A stretch of DNA of 64,000 bases from Nitrospirales bacterium (GTDB taxonomy: Bacteria; Nitrospirota; Nitrospiria; Nitrospirales; UBA8639), in contig CBDBCZ010000018.1 in assembly GCA_965203295.1 (NCBI GenBank), positions 2,528,001 through 2,592,000 of the forward strand, given 5' to 3'. Shown piece after piece: positions 56,776 through 64,000 of this stretch. The notes beneath the pieces were generated by a model. It was given only the letters and a program-made list of their open reading frames with translations. It had not been told where the DNA came from and did no database searches. Each line of letters opens with the position of its first letter. The stretch's first letter is position 1. A program made the translations under genes and the position numbers.

Positions 56776-57383
56776 TAGCCTCGTGCCCAGGCTCATTGCG
56801 TGGGAGGCAAATTGAGCCTGGTACACACTGTTTGCGCATGCTCAGTTCCCCCTGGATTTCTGGGGTCTTGGAAACTAGCAGATACTACAGCGCAATATTA
56901 TCCGTCTATCACTGTTCGTTACACTAGAGTAGTTGGCGAGTTATAAGCATCTGGGAGCATTTTAAGCCATGTAGATGCCTAAAAAAGGTGATTGCTAGTT
57001 TGATTCTTCGATCCCGTTTGCTTCTGGAAGGCCTAGAAGACCAGATCTGCGATCGAAAATCGAGCCACTACCAAAAGGGAGGCGCCTCTGAATTTTTGCG
57101 GTAAGACATGTACCATAAACCTAGCGGATAGAAAGGTACAGGTCTTATTGCTATTTTTAAACTGGTTTCAAAGCTATCTGAAGTTGGAAAAAGGCAGAAC
57201 GAGCTAATTTCTAGTTCTTCCGCTTACTATACATGTATGCTGCTCCGTACTACTCCTTACCACGTGGCTGAGGTCATTCACGAATACGTTTACTGACTCT
57301 TTTCCGTAAATTCTTGCGCATGCGCGAACAGTGTGTACCAGGCTCAAATTTTCCTCCATGCAATGAGCCTGGGCACGAGGCTA
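56776..57383. mobile_element. 608-bp non-autonomous DNA transposon with long TIRs and 9-bp TSD
   Basis: tagcctcgtgcccaggctcattgc...gcaatgagcctgggcacgaggcta, with gcacatcac on both sides (56767-56775, 57384-57392). Confidence 0.9.
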
Positions 57384-58169
57384 GCACATCACCCAAATGG
57401 ATGTCACAGTTTCAGTATCCACGTGGCGCCTACTGCCTACTGCAAATGTGATATCCGTTTGGTGATATAATACCAGAATAAACCAATTGCATTGCCGGTT
57501 GAGAAGTGGAATCGCTGAAGTAATACTGCCCAACTTTGAATATACAGGGCACCAGACCCACCTTTCTGAGGTGAGGCTGGGCACAAGACTAGTTCTGCAG
57601 TATAGAAACTACTCCACTCAGCCTACCACACCACTCTACAGAAGGCCCCCTGAAGCGAGTACTATGTCACGTATTGTGGTCGAATATTACATGTACATTA
57701 CATTTTACTACACTACAAACCCAAAATACGTAGTACTCTACACTCCGCGGCCTTGGCCGCTCCGCTGTAAGCAATAACCCTAGTGGATAGAAATGGTACA
57801 AGTCTTTTCATTTGAAAGCTTAACCTTGGTAGTGTCTCTTTTCATGTCCTGTCAATTTCTGCCCTCTAGCTGGTGAGTCACTTGGTTGATAGGTACTAGG
57901 CTTACAGCTAGAACCCACTTTGGGCCTTACAAATGCTAAAAGGCTTGTCAATCCTGCAGTATATACAGCAGTATACATGTAGAAGTCTCGATAGAAGCTA
58001 AGCACAAAAGCCAGAGCTTCAGAATGATTGCTAAAGTGTATTGGGTTCTCCCCCTCCCGCAGCTACATTTTATATTGACTGGGTCTAACCCCTTGCCACA
58101 CTTATTTGCATGGGAGTTGTCACTAGGCGTATATCTGTCATGGTAGGCAGAAGTAATTTGTACATGTTA

Positions 58170-58495
58170 TATTTGTACTGTGGGTTTCAAGGTGTATGGG
58201 ATTTGTACCTGAGGGCAGTTGTATGTCTTCCTGAGGGCGAAGCCCAGGGAAGACATACAACTGCACTATAGTACAAATCCCATACACCTTTGAAACCCGT
58301 GGTACAGATGACTTGTGCCATAGTAGCTTTTATAGTACCCGCTAATTGTTTCACAGTTTTGAGAAGAAGCCACAGATGCCCAGCAACCCTTATGTACCCT
58401 GGCTTGAAAGGCACCGCCTAAGTACATGGGGTTTGTACACTGTGGTTTGTACACTGTGGCAGTGCCTTTCAAGTGACTTACAACTATGGTATATA
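58170..58495 (-). mobile_element. Hairpin-terminated non-autonomous element (same architecture as 29351-30085)
   Basis: Palindrome of about 115 bp at 58182-58298 centred on gggcgaagccc, adjacent to ccgtggtaca. The distal end is ctatggtata. Confidence 0.55.
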
Positions 58496-60223
58496 CAAGT
58501 ATAGAGGTATAACTACGCCTATCATGCTCAATGGGTTACCCCATTGCACACCATAAGCCACTTAATTGGATATTACGTAATCCTTCCGCTACGCCACAAG
58601 CCACTATAGTGGCGTTAGAAACAGCAAGTTAACTGTACAGCCAGGAGGGGCAACCCCTTCCTTTATTAGCCATAAAATTGAGTAGAGTGATTACTAATAA
58701 TGATGTAAGTGTGCCGAAAGTCGATCTAATCTGTAATAGAACGGATACATACGGCAAAATATACAACCGATCAAGGCGACTAGCTATGGCTACCTACATT
58801 GCTGCACAGTTAGTTGGTCTCTGTAGTCAACTTCACTGGCAGATACGATGGTAACTGGTTCAGGGGAGAGTCGGGGGCTTTAGTAGGACCATCGTTCTTT
58901 GCCGCCTGAGCGTGGAGACAACAGGTTCATATCAAACTTACCGTGTATCCGGTTATCGATCCTGAAGCCCTTCTTGGCTCCAATTCGCCGCCCTTTTTGC
59001 CTTCAATGGCTGTAGTTGGTAGTTTCCCAACAAGTACAAAGCAGAATTCGCTGGATACTTGAGTTGGTAAGCATAAAAATAGCCAAACAGTGAACTAAAA
59101 CTTTTAGTACGCCATTGTTGTAGAAATTATAGCGTGGAGCATCACGCGCGTGACGTAATTACGGCGTGCAATGAGTTAATTAGTTGTGAACAGTCAAAGC
59201 ACATTTAGAAATGCTGTCAGTATCATGTCTTTTTTAAGAATGAATGTAGTCTTCAGTTTTTGCAGGCTTTAGGGAAAGTCCCTCATATGGTTGGGGCCAA
59301 AATTGTTGAGCAGTCAAACCACAGGAAGTCATAGCTTTGAGTGGTTGTGACTACAGATTAAGTCTGGGAGAGTGTCCCCTCCCCCTTGAGTCTTGCCACA
59401 ATTTCTGATTTGGTGGTGTAGTACACACCTACAGTTGTGTAATGCTAGTGACCAAACATGTTTTGATAATGAGACGAGATGGGAAAGTGCTGTGATCGAT
59501 GACTGTGTCATGCTGAGGTCATTCCAGCACCTCCAATTGACCTCTTTGGCCCCTTTACTTTGGCTGACCAATATCTGAATGCCTGCAATTTCGAGGACTT
59601 AACACACATAAATGATGGTTGCTCTTTCATAGGCCTAAGAATAGCACAGAAGAACCAGTTGAGGAGATGGAAGGTGAGTTGTGTGCATTTACTTGCTGTA
59701 AAGAGGTACATATCCATACTATATGGCAGTAGATATTGCATGCAATCATACATACAGTTTACCAGCAGAAGAATGGCCCCTGCCAAGCCAGCTAGCATGA
59801 ACCTGCCAGCATTCGAAACCCAGTGAAATTGTAGTAGCTATATGTATGCCCTCCTGAATGTAAAGGTAGCTGCCCTGCCTACCCAATGTTCATAGTCCAA
59901 TTAGAAAAAGGGTTAAGGAAATGATGTTATCATATGATTCTTGCATGGGGAGAGATGGAGAGGGAGATCCCAGTGTGTCCCTCCCATCTGAAATCCTGCT
60001 CTCTATGCTGTTTACACGTTTCATTGCTAGTGGCAATACAGCCATTTATATGGATCTGTTACCATCTCATTCTGTAAGAGTCGTGCAGTGTCAGCGGAAG
60101 TGAGAGTGATGAAGATGAAGATGAAATGGATCCAGATCTTGATGATCCCCAGAAGATGGCAGCAGCAACAGCAGCAGGAATTTCACAAGAGGCCTTAAGC
60201 AAGGCTAAACAGAGCAGAAGTGA

Positions 60224-60463
<240 letters not shown>

Positions 60464-61321
60464 TGATACTGCAGGCCACAAAAGCTTCACTTGTCTGTGC
60501 ATGTATTAGTGGTAAATCACTGTAGCATCTGCTACATCTGTATATAGCTTCAACAGGAAATCACTGTAGCAACTGCTACATGTATATTTTGCTTCAAGAG
60601 TCTTGAAGATTTCTGTATAAATTATTCAACTCTGTGGCTTATGCATGGTGATATTATGCTCTTCATGAATATCAAGATATTGGGGGTACTGGGGAAGCAG
60701 TTAAGCTAAGCACCACTGCACTCACCAAATCTGGCAGGGTGCCAGTACAAAATGTGGTGGTTAATTCAATTGCTGTGCACCACAGTAAGTTGTAGTTGGT
60801 GTGGGGTCAGGATCCCACCAGTATTAATCAGCTGTTCCTAAGGAAGACCTGCCCCCAAACTGTTAGTGCGGATGGGTTGAGAATGTTTAACTTGAATGCC
60901 ATTCGCCTATCAGGCTCAGCATGTTCATAACAGCCTTATTTTATTGGGAGGGATGCCTACTAGCCCTTGTTTTACTTGTCTCATTCATAATTGGTGCATG
61001 TACATGTATGTCATTGACATAAAATCAGAGTGAATTTGTATCCTCAATTTGTGTGTTCTCTATTTGTAGATTGAGGACCTGAGCTCTCAAGCTCAAATAC
61101 AGGTACTACAGATACTTTACTGTATATAGTAGTTTTTAACGCCACAGTGTTACTTAGAATGTGAATGTGTGCATGTAGGTTATTCTTATCGGAGTTATCA
61201 TTTATACCTGGCACAATTAATGGTGCAAACTGTAGTTGGAGAAGCACTATAAACGATCCTGAAGCTACTAATATCTCCTGCCCAGGCCTTTGGCTCTTCC
61301 CCCTCGCAAAATTGTCTTACC

Positions 61322-61885
61322 AACTGAGCTACTGGAGCCCCTTTGGCAGAGGAGCAGTAGGCAAGCTTTATACATAGCCACTGAACCCGCTAGTACCACT
61401 TGCCAGTAGGACTCAGCCAATTCCAACTGTAATTACTCTCTCACTAAGCCTCTCCCCCCATTTCCTAAACACGATAAACGTGCTACACCAAAGCTTAGCA
61501 TGGATCAGTCTGCCGGGAGTATTTAAACCACCAAAGGCACAAGACTGAAAACTAAGTAGTCACATTGCAAACTCTTCAAGAGATGATAAGCTTTCTGAAG
61601 GAATAAAGAAATCCCCAAAAAAGTGGGACCCAGCTGGGGATTGAACCCAGGACCAACTGAGCTACTGGAGCCTCTTTGGCAGAGGAGCAGTAGGCAAGCT
61701 TTATATAGCCACTAAACGTGCTAGTAGCACTTGCCAGTAGGACCCGGCCAATTCTTACTATAATTACTTTCTCATTAGGCCTCTCCCCCCATCTCCTAAA
61801 CACGATAAACGTGCTACACCCAAACTTAGCCTGGATTAGTCTGCCAGGGTAATAAATCCACCAAAGACACATAAAACTGAAAAGT
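61322..61885 (-). repeat. Two tandem diverged repeat units (shared part about 230-260 bp) with a tRNA-like segment, in NACA intron
   Basis: 61322-61585 resembles 61655-61885 plus 62404-62432. The minus strand 61625-61672 reads ggctccagtagctcagttgg..gggttcaatcccc (A- and B-box-like, internally deleted). Confidence 0.55.
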
Positions 61886-61890
61886 ATGTA

Positions 61891-62400
61891 CCGTATTTCC
61901 GCGATCAGACACCACGGCTACTATTTATTTCATCACGCGATTTTCCGCGGCCACTATTCGAGGGCGGCCACTAATCGAGGGTGGCGTTTATTAGATTGAG
62001 CGGTTTACTGGTTACACAGCGATGCACAACAGCAGTTTAAATCCGTTTGAAAATCGCAGTTCGTGCCTCAACACTATCGAAAAGCCGTCATGCTGCAATG
62101 CCAGCTGTTTTTTGAGGTGAGAGATATTGAAAATATAGATTCGCGGGCAGCCTCCGTCGGGCTCTCATCCCTTCGCAACCTCGAAGAAGACAAAGGTGAG
62201 GTCCAACAATTGTTAGCTAGCAAAGTCAAGTATTACTCTACTGTAGTTGCTACATCTTGGTTATTCCTACCAGAGTACTTGAATTTTAGCTGCGGCTACT
62301 AATCGAGGGCGACCACAATTTTGTTCAGCACTTCCGGAGGTGCGGCTATAATTCGAGGGCGGCTACTAATCGAGGACGGCGTCTGTTCGCGGAAATACGG
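61891..62400. mobile_element. pogo/Tigger-like MITE
   Basis: TA-ccgtatttccgcga.cagac...gtctg.tcgcggaaatacgg-TA, with internal tcgagggcggc repeats. It splits the second tandem unit. Confidence 0.85.
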
Positions 62401-64000
62401 TATTCACATTGCAAACTCTTCAAGAGATGATAAGCTATACATGTACGGGTTGGGTAAGCACAAGAAAAGTCAGTAAATGTATCTGTGAGCTGTCTCAACC
62501 ACGTGGTAAAGAGTACCATATAGCGGGAAATTTTCGCTAGGAAACATTTTGCCATAACCCAGATGTATAGTATTACGGGAAAATTTTGCCAGACTAATTT
62601 TCGCGCACATGCGATTGAGCGAAATTAAATTCCACGGCATTGTTAATAATTATTATTATTCCTTTCAAAACGGCAGTTTAGCAGTCTCGAGCGGCTTGGA
62701 AAATGGTCTTGCTGCCGCAGAATCTCAGTTGTCACTAGCGATTTGGACTTCAGTTCATTACTTAGCTTCATATAAGGCCTTCTCTTCGCCTTTGTAGCCT
62801 CTTCTTGGTGCCAAGCACTGGTAAGCAGCTGCGTTCGCTTCCACATTTGCCGACAATGGCAACGAAGATGACAGCGCCCCCTTTGGATCAGGGAGCTGTC
62901 CACGTGGCTGAACCTGCAAATAACGCCGCAGAGCCATACCGGTAGTCGATGGTCAGCTTAACTTTCGCAGCTAAAAACTTTCACCGGTTAAAATTTTTAC
63001 CCAACAAAATTGGTGAAATGGCTTTGCAATAGGGCCTACACCTTTCAAGCCACTATGATTATGGTATGTCATAAACTCAGGAAGTGTTAACCTTTTAGTA
63101 GTGGCTGTAAATTACATATTTCCATCACAGATCTGACCTTCTAGGTCTTTCAGATGCAAACAGATTTGAAGAATCGAAATAGTACAATCATGTATGTAAT
63201 CACTTATTAGGGATCTACATGGCGACCTATGCACAAACTATGTTACAGACTATTATGATGACAACGGGCAGATAATTAAAAATTTCATCCACTAGTTTCC
63301 CAATTCCCAGACCTCCTGGGGAACTGAGCATGTTTACCAGGCTCTTCTCTCCTCTGCAAGAGCCTGCACTATGCTACTTTTATCCAAATAACAAACTTAG
63401 CCAATGTGGTGGAGGTAATGATAAGATAATTGTGTAACTAATAAATAATTTCTTTTGCATAGGCTGCAGAGAAATTTAAGGCTCCTGAAGCATCGGCTGT
63501 GGCTACTAAAGAGGCTGAACAGGAGACAGCACCTGTTGAAGGTGGAGAAGAATCAGAAAATGAAAAGGTGAGAATTACTCTTTTGTCAAGTGAGACCGCT
63601 GCCAAAGTATGAAATATGACGGGTGTAAGTTACCGAGCTACCAAATTTAATAGCTCTACAGTATATTCCAGATTTCCCTTTGCCCTTTATAATAGCCAAG
63701 CTAGTCGTTGCTTGTTAATTGTTTCATCCTGTGGATGCTGCCTTTATTGTGTATGGTTTTCTCTCATGGTCTGATAAAAGCTGAATGTGAAAAGCCTCTG
63801 CTGAGGGCATACTAGCCTGCAGGCATGGCCCTCTGCAGGACATTTCACACCATGCATGACTGTGACGTACGATTGCATTTTTGAGAGAGAGCTGAAATGC
63901 TCCCCGCAGTATGTGTATGCTGCTTGCTCACCTTTGGAAGAATGGTCTGTACTTGCTTCGATGTCTTACACTCGACCAGTTTTGCCTACTTGCCAACAGG

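Noticed and set aside
61625..61672. tRNA gene
   Set aside because: A- and B-box-like pieces are present but the anticodon arm is missing. Treated as a tRNA-derived repeat.

Overview
Intron-rich, AT-rich eukaryotic DNA from an animal. The repeat and intron style suggests a sponge-like basal metazoan, but that is inference only. The window opens with the 3' part of an apparently intact multi-exon CxC/KDZ (Kyakuja-Dileera-Zisupton/HMGXB3-like) transposase gene. From about 6.4 to 52.2 kb it is a fold-back array of segmental duplications. One block occurs forward (12.8-20.8 kb), reversed (25.6-41.3 kb) and forward again (42.7-52.2 kb), and it turns around twice inside the same deleted Helitron that carries Rep and RPA-like fragments. 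The array and its flanks are a patchwork of short, intron-containing, disabled pieces of unrelated host genes: kinesin (3 copies), RCL1 exons 1-4, a DEP-domain gene, AGPS, a PTS2-bearing first exon and a frameshifted NACA. Comparing the copies resolves several insertions to the base: a hAT with a 5-bp TSD, a canonical Helitron, Helentron-like minis, and a family of tiny P-element-like scars with 7-bp TSDs. A non-repetitive tract at 54.1-54.8 kb is almost free of G and looks like strand-specific G-to-A hypermutation. No prokaryotic features, rRNA or CRISPR were seen. Most ORFs in the supplied track are spurious. All homology calls come from recognising motifs by eye, not from database searches.
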